Below are positions 46,730 to 55,284 of a DNA stretch of 64,000 nucleotides, one piece after another. Both the position numbers and the translations under genes were made by a program. Where the stretch lies: NCBI GenBank assembly GCA_016790695.1, contig JAEUOS010000001.1, positions 822 to 64,821 on the forward strand, given 5' to 3'. The first letter of the stretch is position 1; each line of letters begins with the position of its first letter. Below the pieces are notes generated by a model. The model had not been told where the DNA came from. It ran no database searches and worked only from the letters and a program-made list of their open reading frames with translations. The DNA comes from Burkholderiales bacterium (GTDB lineage Bacteria; Pseudomonadota; Gammaproteobacteria; Burkholderiales; JAEUOS01).

Positions 46730-49700
46730 TCACGCCGCCCGCGCCGCCCGGCCCGGGTTGCGCCAGGCCTCGAGCAGCGCGGCCTCCTTGGCCTGCGCCG
46801 CCTTGAGGTGACGCTCCTTGACATGCCCGTAGCCGCGGATCTCCTCGGGGATCGAGGCGATCGCCACGGCGGTGTCGATGTTCTCCTTCGACAGACCGCC
46901 GAGGAGCCCGGACACGGTGGCCTGGTAGGCGCCGATCAGCGCGCGCTCGGTGCGCCGCTCCTCGGTGCGTCCGAAGATGTCGAAGGCCGTGCCGCGCAGG
47001 CCCTTGAGCTTCGCCAGCAGGCCGAAGGCCTTGAACACCCACGGCCCGTAGGCCTTCTTGACGAGCTCGCCCTTGTCGTTGCGCCGCGCCAGGAGCGGCG
47101 GCGCGAGGTGGAACCGGAGCTTGTAGTCGCCGTCGAACTGGCCGCGGACCTTCTCCATGAACGCCGGGTCCGCGTACAGGCGCGCGACCTCGTACTCGTC
47201 CTTGTAGGCCATGAGCTTGAAGCAGTAGCGCGCGACCGCCTCGGCCAGGCGCGTGCCGCCGACCTTGGCCGCCTCGGCCTGGCGCACCGTCTCGACGAAA
47301 TCGGCGTAGCGCTTCGCGTAGGCGGCGTCCTGGTAGGCGGTGAGGAATTCGACGCGGCGCGCGACGATCTCCTCGAGGTTGCGCGCGAAGCCCGCGGCCG
47401 GCTTGAGCGCGGCGATCGACACCACCTGCGCCGGGGTGGCGATGCGCTCGACGGCGGCGGCGTCGACGGCCGCGTAGCGGCCCCAGTCGAAGGCGCGCTT
47501 GTTGAAGTCGACCGCCACGCCGTTCAATTCGATCGCGCGCATCAGCGCGGCCTCGCCGACCGGGATCGCGCCGTTCTGGAACGCGTAGCCGAGCATGAAC
47601 ATGTTGGTCGCGATCGCGTCGCCCATCAGCGCGGTGGCGAGGCGATTGGCCGGCACCAGCGACACCGCGTCCCGGCCCGCGGCCTCGACGAGCGCGTGCT
47701 CGAGCGCGTCGACCGGCGGCTTCCAGTTCGGATCCTTGACGAAGGCGGCGGTCGGCGAGAGCGTGCTGTTGACCAGCACCCGGGTGCGGCCGGCGCCGAC
47801 GCGCGAGAGCACGTCCTTGCCGGCGGTGACGACGAGGTCGGCGCCGACCACCAGGTCGGCCGCCGCGGTGCCGACGCGGGTCGCGTGCAGGTCGTCCGCG
47901 GCAGCGGCGATCTGCACATGGCTGGTCACCTGGCCGCCCTTCTGCGCCAGGCCCGACATGTCGAGCACCTGCGCGCTCTTGCCCTCGATGTGCGCGGCCA
48001 CCGCGACGATCTGCCCGATGGTGATCACGCCGGTGCCGCCGATGCCGGTGACCAGGATGTTGAACGGCCGCGCGACGTCGGGCACCGCCGGCGCCGGGAA
48101 GGCCGGCATCGCGGTCGCGTCGGCGCCGGCCTTGGCGCTCGCCGCCAGCTTCGGCGCCGCCGGCTTCCGCAGGCCGCCGCCCTCGACGGTGACGAAGCTC
48201 GGGCAGAAGCCGTTGACGCAGGAATAGTCCTTGTTGCACGAGGACTGGTTGATCCGGCGCTTGCGCCCGAACTCGGTCTCGAGCGGCTCGACCGAGATGC
48301 AGTTCGACTTCACCGAGCAGTCGCCGCAGCCCTCGCAGACCGCGTCGTTGATGAAGGCGCGCCTGGCCGGGTCGGGGAACTGCCCGATCTTGCGGCGCCG
48401 GCGCTTCTCCGAGGCGCAGGTCTGGTCGTAGATCACCGCCGAGATCCCGGGCATCTCGCGCAGGCGCTTCTGCACCGCGTCGAGCTCGTCGCGGTGGTGC
48501 ACGGTGGTGTCGGGCGCCCAGGGCGTGCCGGGACCGTACTTCGCGGGCTCGTCGGTGACCACCATGATCGGCTTGACGCCCTCGGCGTGCAGCTGCTGCG
48601 AGATCAGCCAGGGATTGAGCGGGCCGTCGTGGCGCTGGCCGCCGGTCATCGCGACCGCGTCGTTGAACAGGATCTTGTAGGTCGCGTTGACCTTCGAGGC
48701 GACCGCGGCGCGGATCGCGAGCAGGCCGGAGTGGAAGTAGGTGCCGTCGCCGAGGTTGACGAAGACGTGCTTCTCGTCGGTGAAGTGGGCGGCGCCGGCC
48801 CAGGTGACGCCCTCGGCGCCCATGTGGGTGAACGTCGCGGTCTCGCGGTCCATCCACTGCGCCATGTAGTGGCAGCCGATGCCGGCCAGCGCGCGCGAGC
48901 CTTCGGGCACGCGGGTCGAGGTGTTGTGCGGGCAGCCCGAGCAGAAGTACGGGGTGCGCACCGCCACCGGCAGCGCCTTCGCGACGGCGCCCTCGCGCGC
49001 GTCGAGGAAGGCGATGCGCGCCTCGAGCCGGGCGCGCAGGTCGCTGCCGGCCAGCGGCAGCAGGCGCCGGACCACCGCGCGCGCGATCATCGACGGCGTG
49101 AGCTCGCCGTTCAGCGGCAGGAGCGGCGCGCCGGTGTCGTCCTGCTTGCCGGTCACGCGCGGCGCGCCCGGCATGCCGTACAGGATCTCCTTGAGCTGCG
49201 ACTCGATCAGCGGGCGCTTCTCCTCGACCGCGAGGATCTCGGAGAGGCCCTGCGCGAACTCGCGCGCGCCGCTCTCCTCGAGCGGCCAGGTGACGGCGAT
49301 CTTGAACAGGCGCAATCCGAGTTCGCCCGCCGCCGTCTCGTCGATGCCCAGGTCGGCGAGCGCCTGGCGCAGGTCCGCATAGGCCTTGCCGGCCGACGCC
49401 AGGCCCAGCGTCGGCTTGACGCCGGGCTTCTCGCGCCACAGCACGCGGTTGAGCCGGTTGGCGCGCACGTAGGCCTTGACGGCGGGCAGCTTGTAGTTGA
49501 GCAGCCGCGCCTCCTCGCCGAGGAAGTCGATGAAGTTGAAGCGGATCGACAGCCCGTCGGGCGGCAGCGCGAAGTCCGCCGGCAGCACCGGCGCGACGCG
49601 CGCGGGCGACAGGTCGACGGTGGCGCCCGACTCGACGATGTCGGTCACGCACTTGACGCCGCTCCACAGCGAGGCGTAGCGCGACATCGCGAAGCCGTGG

Positions 49701-50272
49701 ATGCCGTAGTCGAGGATGTCCTGCACCGAGGCCGGATAGAACACCGGCGTCGAGACCGCGATGAAGATCTGCTCGCTCTGGTGCGCGGTGGTCGACGACT
49801 TGGCGCCATGGTCGTCGCCGGCCAGGGCCAGCACGCCGCCCCAGGGCGAGGTGCCCGCCATGTTGGCGTGCTTGAACACGTCGCCGCAGCGGTCGACGCC
49901 CGGGCCCTTGCCGTACCAGATGCCGAACACGCCGTCGTAGCGCGCGCCCTGGAACAGGTTGACCTGCTGCGTGCCCCAGATCGAGGTGGCGGCGAGGTCC
50001 TCGTTGACGCCCGGCTGGAACACCAGATGGTGTTCCTGGAGATGCTTCTTCGCCTTCGCCAGCGCCTGGTCGTAGCCGCCCAGCGGCGAGCCGCGATAGC
50101 CGGAGATGAAGCCGGCGGTGTTCTTGCCGGCCGCCAGGTCGCGCTTGCGCTGCAGCATCGGCAGGCGCACCAGCGCCTGCGTGCCGGTCATGAAGGCCGT
50201 GCCGCTGTCGTGGGTGTATTTGTCCTCCAGCGAGACGGACTCGAGGAGCTTGGGATCGACCGGTGCGTTCAT
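46730..50272 (-). CDS. Fused indolepyruvate:ferredoxin oxidoreductase-family protein (IorA-IorB fusion)
   Basis: 1180 aa. N-terminus LEDKYTHDSGTAFMTGTQALVRLP. Ferredoxin-type cluster motif CEGCGDCSVKSNC. C-terminal IorB-like Rossmann region (ILVTGIGGTGVIT). Confidence 0.9.
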   Translation of the reverse strand: MNAPVDPKLLESVSLEDKYTHDSGTAFMTGTQALVRLPMLQRKRDLAAGKNTAGFISGYRGSPLGGYDQALAKAKKHLQEHHLVFQPGVNEDLAATSIWGTQQVNLFQGARYDGVFGIWYGKGPGVDRCGDVFKHANMAGTSPWGGVLALAGDDHGAKSSTTAHQSEQIFIAVSTPVFYPASVQDILDYGIHGFAMSRYASLWSGVKCVTDIVESGATVDLSPARVAPVLPADFALPPDGLSIRFNFIDFLGEEARLLNYKLPAVKAYVRANRLNRVLWREKPGVKPTLGLASAGKAYADLRQALADLGIDETAAGELGLRLFKIAVTWPLEESGAREFAQGLSEILAVEEKRPLIESQLKEILYGMPGAPRVTGKQDDTGAPLLPLNGELTPSMIARAVVRRLLPLAGSDLRARLEARIAFLDAREGAVAKALPVAVRTPYFCSGCPHNTSTRVPEGSRALAGIGCHYMAQWMDRETATFTHMGAEGVTWAGAAHFTDEKHVFVNLGDGTYFHSGLLAIRAAVASKVNATYKILFNDAVAMTGGQRHDGPLNPWLISQQLHAEGVKPIMVVTDEPAKYGPGTPWAPDTTVHHRDELDAVQKRLREMPGISAVIYDQTCASEKRRRRKIGQFPDPARRAFINDAVCEGCGDCSVKSNCISVEPLETEFGRKRRINQSSCNKDYSCVNGFCPSFVTVEGGGLRKPAAPKLAASAKAGADATAMPAFPAPAVPDVARPFNILVTGIGGTGVITIGQIVAVAAHIEGKSAQVLDMSGLAQKGGQVTSHVQIAAAADDLHATRVGTAAADLVVGADLVVTAGKDVLSRVGAGRTRVLVNSTLSPTAAFVKDPNWKPPVDALEHALVEAAGRDAVSLVPANRLATALMGDAIATNMFMLGYAFQNGAIPVGEAALMRAIELNGVAVDFNKRAFDWGRYAAVDAAAVERIATPAQVVSIAALKPAAGFARNLEEIVARRVEFLTAYQDAAYAKRYADFVETVRQAEAAKVGGTRLAEAVARYCFKLMAYKDEYEVARLYADPAFMEKVRGQFDGDYKLRFHLAPPLLARRNDKGELVKKAYGPWVFKAFGLLAKLKGLRGTAFDIFGRTEERRTERALIGAYQATVSGLLGGLSKENIDTAVAIASIPEEIRGYGHVKERHLKAAQAKEAALLEAWRNPGRAARAA

Positions 50273-50412
50273 TGCGTTCGCCTTCGTCGGCGCCTGCCTG
50301 GCGGATGCGCAAGTATAGAAGCCGGGGCGCGGAATGTTTTTCCTATTTTTGCGCCGAGCACCGCGATTGCGCTACATTTTGCATCGCATCATCGCCGCTT
50401 TCGGGAAAAACC

Positions 50413-50913
50413 ATGTCGCCTTCGACCGCCCACCCGTCCCTCGACCGCACCGACCTGCGCATCCTCGACGCCCTGCAGAGCGACGGCCGACTCACCAACG
50501 CCGAGCTGGCCGAGAAGGTCGGCCTGTCGCTCTCGCCGTGCTGGCGGCGCCTGAAGCGCCTCGAGGAGTCCGGCGTGATCGCCGGCTACCGCGCGGAACT
50601 CAACCGCAAGGCCCTGGGCCTGGGCGTGACCGCCTTCGTGCGCATCGACATCGAGCGCCACACGCCGGCGATGGAGCGCCGCTTCGAGGAGGCGATCGCC
50701 GACCTGGACGAGATCGTCGCCTGCCACGTGATCTCCGGCGAGGGCGCGTTCATGCTGGTCGTGATGAGCGAGTCGCTGGAGACGTTCTCGAAGTTCGCGC
50801 TCGACGTGCTGATGGCCCTGCCCGGCGTCAAGGACACGCGCACCAGCTTCTCGCTCAAGGAGGTCAAGTCGAGCCCGGCGCTGCCGCTCCGGCACCTGCG
50901 CGGCGGACGCTAG
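50413..50913 (+). CDS. Lrp/AsnC-family transcriptional regulator
   Basis: LDRTDLRILDALQSDGRLTNAELAEKVGLSLSPCWRRLKRLEESGVI HTH plus a RAM domain. Divergent from the IOR gene. Confidence 0.9.
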   Translation: MSPSTAHPSLDRTDLRILDALQSDGRLTNAELAEKVGLSLSPCWRRLKRLEESGVIAGYRAELNRKALGLGVTAFVRIDIERHTPAMERRFEEAIADLDEIVACHVISGEGAFMLVVMSESLETFSKFALDVLMALPGVKDTRTSFSLKEVKSSPALPLRHLRGGR

Positions 50914-53258
50914 CGGGGCGGTGCGCCGTCGTCCTGCCGGGCCGGCGGCGGCACGGCGTCCTCGCGCGCGAGGGGCGGCGGCCGGTAGGCCTCGACCGCG
51001 GGCGCGGCGCCGTTCCAGCGCTCGACCTCGACCAGCACCGACAGCGCGCTCGGCCCCTGGGTCAGCGACGAGGTGCCGACGTCGAGCGAGAGCACGTTGG
51101 GATTGCCGCCGCGCTCGAGCCCGTCGGGGCCGGGGTCGTACCAGGCGCCGGTGGCCATCACCACCACGCCGGGACGCACGGCCGCGTCGACGGCGACGCC
51201 GGCCAGGCACGCGCCGCGGCGGTTGAACACGCGCGCGAGCGCGCCGTCGGCCAGGCCGCGCGCCCGCGCGTCGTCGGGATGGATGCGCAGCCGCTCGCGC
51301 CCGGCGACCTTGCCGGCCTGCGACAGCGGGCCCGGATCCATCTGGCTGTGCAGGCGGTCGCGCGGCTGCACGGTCACCAGGTGCAGCGGGAACGCGCGCG
51401 CGGCCGCGTCGCCCAGCCATTCGGCCGGCGCGAGCCACGCCGGATGCGGCGGGCAGTCCGCGTAGCCGAAGGCGGCGATGGTCGCCGACGCCAGTTCGAT
51501 CCGGCCCGACGGCGTGCGCAGCGGATGCGCCGCCGGGTCGGCGCGAAACGCCTCGAACATCACGTGATCGCGCGCCGGCGCCGGCAGCTCGACCCAGCCG
51601 CGCGCGACGAAGGCGTCGTAGTCGGGCAGGTCCGCGCCCGCCGCGCCCGCCCCCTCGACCACCCGGCGCCACAGTTCGCGCAGCCAGCCCGGCGTGTCGC
51701 GCCCCGCGGTGAACGCGTCCTCGTGGCCGGCGCGCGCGGCGAGCTCGCGAAAGATGTCGACGTCGTCGCGCGCGGCCCCGACCGGCGCGATCGCGCGCTG
51801 CATCGCGAAGAGGTAGGCGTCGCGCGACGAGCCGCCGATGTCGTCGCGCTCGAGCGGCGTGGTGGCCGGCAGCACGATGTCGGCGCGGCGCGCGGCGGGC
51901 GTCCACCAGCTTTCGTGCACCACGATCGTTGACGGCTTGTCCCAGGCCCGCACCAGGCGGTTCAGGTCCTGGTGATGGTGGAACGGATTGCCGCCCGCCC
52001 AGTAGACGAGGTCGATGTCCGGGTAGGTGTCGCGCCGGCCGTTGAAGTCGAACGCGGCGCCCGGCCGTTCGAGCATGTCGGTCAGGCGCGCCACCGGAAC
52101 CGCGCGGCCCGCGGGATTCGGACCGCTCGGGAACTCCGGCGACGGCACGTCGCGGCGCGGATTGCCGACGCCGTTCATCGAGCCGTGCCCGAAGGCGAAG
52201 CCGCCGCCGGGCAGGCCGATCTGCCCCAGCATCGCGGCCAGCGCGACCAGCGCCCAGTACGGCTGCTCGCCGCGATGCGCGCGCTGCAGGGCCCAGGCCA
52301 TGGTGAGCAGCGTTCGCGTCGCGGCGGCCTGGCGCGCGAGGGCGCGGATGGTCGCGGCATCGATGCCGCAGATCGCCGCAGCCCAGTCCGCGTCCTTCGG
52401 CCGGCCGTCGTCGGTCCCCGCCAGATAGCGCGCCAAGGTCGGGAAGCCGCTGCAATGGCTGTCGAGGAACGCGCGCGCATGCAGGCCCTCGGCGAGCAGC
52501 GTGTGCGCCATGCCGAGCAGCAGCGCGGTGTCGGTGTTCGGCCGCGGCGCGAGCCACTGCGCCTCGAGGAAGGCGGGCGTGTCGGCACGGTCCGGGCTGA
52601 TCACCACGAACGCGATGCCGGCCGCGCGCGCGCGGCGCAGCCAGGCCTCCATGGTGTGCGCGCCGGCGCCCCCCGAGGTGACCTGGCCGTTCTTCAGCGC
52701 CAGGCCGCCGAACGCGATGACGAGCCGCGTGCTGCCGATCACGCTGTTCCAGTCGGTGACGCGGCCCGACACCGGCTCGTGGGTGCCGATCACGTGCGGC
52801 AGCAGGAACTGCGCGGCGCCCCAGCTGTAGTTGCCCACGGCATCGGTGCAGCCGCCGCCGGAAAACAGAAAGCGCCGCACCTGGGTGCGCGCATGATGGA
52901 AGCGCCCGGCGGACGACCAGCCGTAGGAACCGCCGAAGATCGCCTCCGGCCCGCGTTCGGCGCGCACGCGCGCGAGCTCCTCGGCCACCAGCGACAGGGC
53001 CCGGTCCCACGACACCTCGACGTAGCCGTCGGCGCCGCGGCCGCCCGTCGCGCGCCGCGCGAGCCAGCCCGTGCGCACCGCGGGCCGCTGCACGCGCAGC
53101 GGCGAATGCACCATCGCCGGGATCGCCGCGAGCATCGGCGACGGCGCCGGGTCGCGCGCGAACGGCTCGCAGGCGGCGAGGCGCCCGTTCTCGACCACCG
53201 CGGTGTAGGCCCCCCAGTGCGCGAGCTGCTGGAATCGTCCGCTGGTCATCGCCGGCAC
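50910..53258 (-). CDS. Cytoplasmic molybdopterin (bis-MGD) S-/N-oxide reductase-family oxidoreductase (BisC/TorZ-like)
   Basis: 782 aa with no signal peptide. N-terminus LAHWGAYTAVVENGRL parallels BisC (AAHWGPMLVETDG). Length and domain order match the DMSO-reductase family. Confidence 0.82.
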   Translation of the reverse strand: MPAMTSGRFQQLAHWGAYTAVVENGRLAACEPFARDPAPSPMLAAIPAMVHSPLRVQRPAVRTGWLARRATGGRGADGYVEVSWDRALSLVAEELARVRAERGPEAIFGGSYGWSSAGRFHHARTQVRRFLFSGGGCTDAVGNYSWGAAQFLLPHVIGTHEPVSGRVTDWNSVIGSTRLVIAFGGLALKNGQVTSGGAGAHTMEAWLRRARAAGIAFVVISPDRADTPAFLEAQWLAPRPNTDTALLLGMAHTLLAEGLHARAFLDSHCSGFPTLARYLAGTDDGRPKDADWAAAICGIDAATIRALARQAAATRTLLTMAWALQRAHRGEQPYWALVALAAMLGQIGLPGGGFAFGHGSMNGVGNPRRDVPSPEFPSGPNPAGRAVPVARLTDMLERPGAAFDFNGRRDTYPDIDLVYWAGGNPFHHHQDLNRLVRAWDKPSTIVVHESWWTPAARRADIVLPATTPLERDDIGGSSRDAYLFAMQRAIAPVGAARDDVDIFRELAARAGHEDAFTAGRDTPGWLRELWRRVVEGAGAAGADLPDYDAFVARGWVELPAPARDHVMFEAFRADPAAHPLRTPSGRIELASATIAAFGYADCPPHPAWLAPAEWLGDAAARAFPLHLVTVQPRDRLHSQMDPGPLSQAGKVAGRERLRIHPDDARARGLADGALARVFNRRGACLAGVAVDAAVRPGVVVMATGAWYDPGPDGLERGGNPNVLSLDVGTSSLTQGPSALSVLVEVERWNGAAPAVEAYRPPPLAREDAVPPPARQDDGAPPR

Positions 53259-53262
53259 GCCC

Positions 53263-54036
53263 TCAGAACGTGCCGGGATAGCCGCCGCCGTCGATCATCA
53301 GGTTCTGCCCGGTGATGTAGCCGGCGTGCGCCGAGCACAGGAAGGTGATGCAGGCGCCCGCTTCCTCGGCGCGGCCGTAGCGCCCCGCCGGATTGCCGCG
53401 GCCGCGCTCCTCCCAGAGCTGCTCGTAGGTCTTGCCCGACTCGGCGAGCATGCCGAGGATGTGGTTCCTCTGCGCGTCGGTGGCGAACACGCCGGGCAGC
53501 AGGTTGTTGATGGTGACGTTGTGGCGCACCGTCTGGCGCGCCAGGCCGGCGACGAAGCCCACCAGCCCGAGCCGCGCGCTGTTCGACAGCGGCATCTCGG
53601 CCTGCGGCGTCTTCACCGAGCGCGAGCTGATGTTGACGATGCGCCCGAACCTGCGCGCGATCATGCCGTCGACCACCGCGCGGATCATCTCGATCGGCCC
53701 CAGCATCATCGAGTCGAGCGCGGCGATCCATTCCTCGCGCCCGACGTTGCGGAAATCGCCCGGCCTGGGACCGTCGGCGTTGTTGACCAGGATGTCCGGG
53801 TCGGGGCAGGCGGCGCGGGCGGCGGCGCGCCCCGCCACCGTGGTGAGATCGGCCACCACCGGCGTGACCGGCACGCCGGTCGCCGCCGCGATCGCCGCGG
53901 CGGCCTGCGCGAGCGTATCGGGATTGCGTGCCGCGATGGTCACCTGCACGCCCTCGGCGGCGAGGCACTGCGCGGCCGCGCGACCCATGCCGCGGCTGCC
54001 GCCGAATACCAGCGCGCGCCGGCCCCTGATGCCCAT
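53263..54036 (-). CDS. SDR-family oxidoreductase
   Basis: MGIRGRRALVFGGSRGMGRAAA (glycine-rich NAD(P) motif). Its stop is 4 nt from the molybdoenzyme start, so they are probably co-transcribed. Start could be a few codons upstream. Confidence 0.82.
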   Translation of the reverse strand: MGIRGRRALVFGGSRGMGRAAAQCLAAEGVQVTIAARNPDTLAQAAAAIAAATGVPVTPVVADLTTVAGRAAARAACPDPDILVNNADGPRPGDFRNVGREEWIAALDSMMLGPIEMIRAVVDGMIARRFGRIVNISSRSVKTPQAEMPLSNSARLGLVGFVAGLARQTVRHNVTINNLLPGVFATDAQRNHILGMLAESGKTYEQLWEERGRGNPAGRYGRAEEAGACITFLCSAHAGYITGQNLMIDGGGYPGTF

Positions 54037-54060
54037 GTCCACGGCGCACTCCGCCTCGAT

Positions 54061-54179
54061 GATGCGACCGCGCGAGTTTAGCGCGCGCGGCGGGCCGGCC
54101 GCTGCACGATGCACGATGCGACCCGGCGCCAACGAGCGTCGGCGCCAATGTTGTTAGACTCGCGGGGCTGCGATGCGAC
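54061..54179. repeat. Three direct copies of the octamer GATGCGAC in one intergenic region
   Basis: Copies at 54061-54068, 54115-54122 and 54172-54179 (spacing 54 and 57 bp), plus the near-copy GATGCAC at 54108-54114. Confidence 0.35.
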
Positions 54180-54219
54180 GGCGGCGGTCGGGCTTTCTCG
54201 TCGAGAGGGGGAGGGATCG

Positions 54220-55200
54220 ATGGACAGGCGCAACGCGGTGCTTGGATTGCTTGCGACATTCGCCGGGCCATTGCCTGCCGTTGCGCAAACCGCGCGCCGG
54301 CCGCGCCGGATCGGCTTCCTGGCCATCGGCGGCGCGCAGGCCGATGCCCCGTTTCTCGCCGCGTTCCGCGCCGGCATGCAGGAGCTCGGCTGGGTTGACG
54401 AGCGCGACTACGTGCTCGACGTGCGCGACGGCAAGGGTGTCCTGGCGTCCGCGCCCGGCATGGCCGACGAACTGATCGCAAGCGGCCCCGACCTGCTGCT
54501 CGGCGTCGCCGACGGCAGTTCGCGCCTGATGGCGCAAAGGACGAAAGCCATTCCGATCGTGTTCGCCATCACCCAGGATCCGGTCGGCGCCGGCCTGGCG
54601 GAGAACCTGCGCAAACCCGGCGGCAACGCCACCGGCCTCACCAGCATGACCACCGAACTGTGGGGCAAGCGCCTGCAGTTGCTCAAGGAAGTACTGCCGC
54701 GCGTGACGCATGTCGCCTTGCTTTATGCGCCCAACGATCAGGGCGCCGTCTCGCAGCTGAAGGAAATCCGGACGGTCGCTCCGCGCCTCGGCATCAGCGT
54801 GACGCCACTCGATCTCAGGCAGCCGGCCGACATCGAGCCGGCGATCAGGCGCGCCACCGCAATCGGTGCGCAGGCCTGTGCGGTGACCTTCGACGCCTTC
54901 ACCAACAACCAGCGCCAGGCGATCGCCGACCATCTGGCGCGCCAGAAGCTGCCGGCCATGTTCGCCGGCAGCCTGTGGGTGGAGGCCGGCGGACTGATGG
55001 CCTACAGCACCTCGTTCGCGGACAACTTTCGCCGCGCCGCCGCCTACGTCGACAAGATCCTGAAGGGGGCGAAGCCGGGCGATCTGTCGATCGAACAGCC
55101 GACCAAGTTCGATCTGGCGGTGAACATGAAGACCGCCACGGCGCTCGGCATCAGGTTCCCGGAGGCATTCTTGCTCAGCGTCACGCGCGTCATCGACTGA
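54220..55200 (+). CDS. ABC-transporter-type periplasmic binding protein (COG2984 / PF04392 family), orphan
   Basis: Signal peptide. RIGFLAIGG..., KPGGNATGL and GAKPGDLSIEQPTKFDLAVNMKTA motifs fit this family. GGGGGAGGGA RBS. Confidence 0.8.
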   Translation: MDRRNAVLGLLATFAGPLPAVAQTARRPRRIGFLAIGGAQADAPFLAAFRAGMQELGWVDERDYVLDVRDGKGVLASAPGMADELIASGPDLLLGVADGSSRLMAQRTKAIPIVFAITQDPVGAGLAENLRKPGGNATGLTSMTTELWGKRLQLLKEVLPRVTHVALLYAPNDQGAVSQLKEIRTVAPRLGISVTPLDLRQPADIEPAIRRATAIGAQACAVTFDAFTNNQRQAIADHLARQKLPAMFAGSLWVEAGGLMAYSTSFADNFRRAAAYVDKILKGAKPGDLSIEQPTKFDLAVNMKTATALGIRFPEAFLLSVTRVID

Positions 55201-55284
55201 GCGCGGGGCGGCCCGAGGCGCGGTCGCGGCGAAGGCGGGCCGGATCAGCGGATCGCGGGCCCGCGATGCGCGGCCTGCACGGCC

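Noticed and set aside
46808-50554. 1248-aa plus-strand ORF.
   Set aside because: It is antisense to the fused IOR gene and runs through the divergent promoter into the Lrp gene in the wrong frame. This is a shadow-frame artefact.
55252-55267. Perfect 16-bp palindrome ATCGCGGGCCCGCGAT between the convergent COG2984 genes, considered as a bidirectional intrinsic terminator.
   Set aside because: There is no U/T tract on either side. It may still act as a structure-based stop or a protein site, but I cannot support a terminator call.
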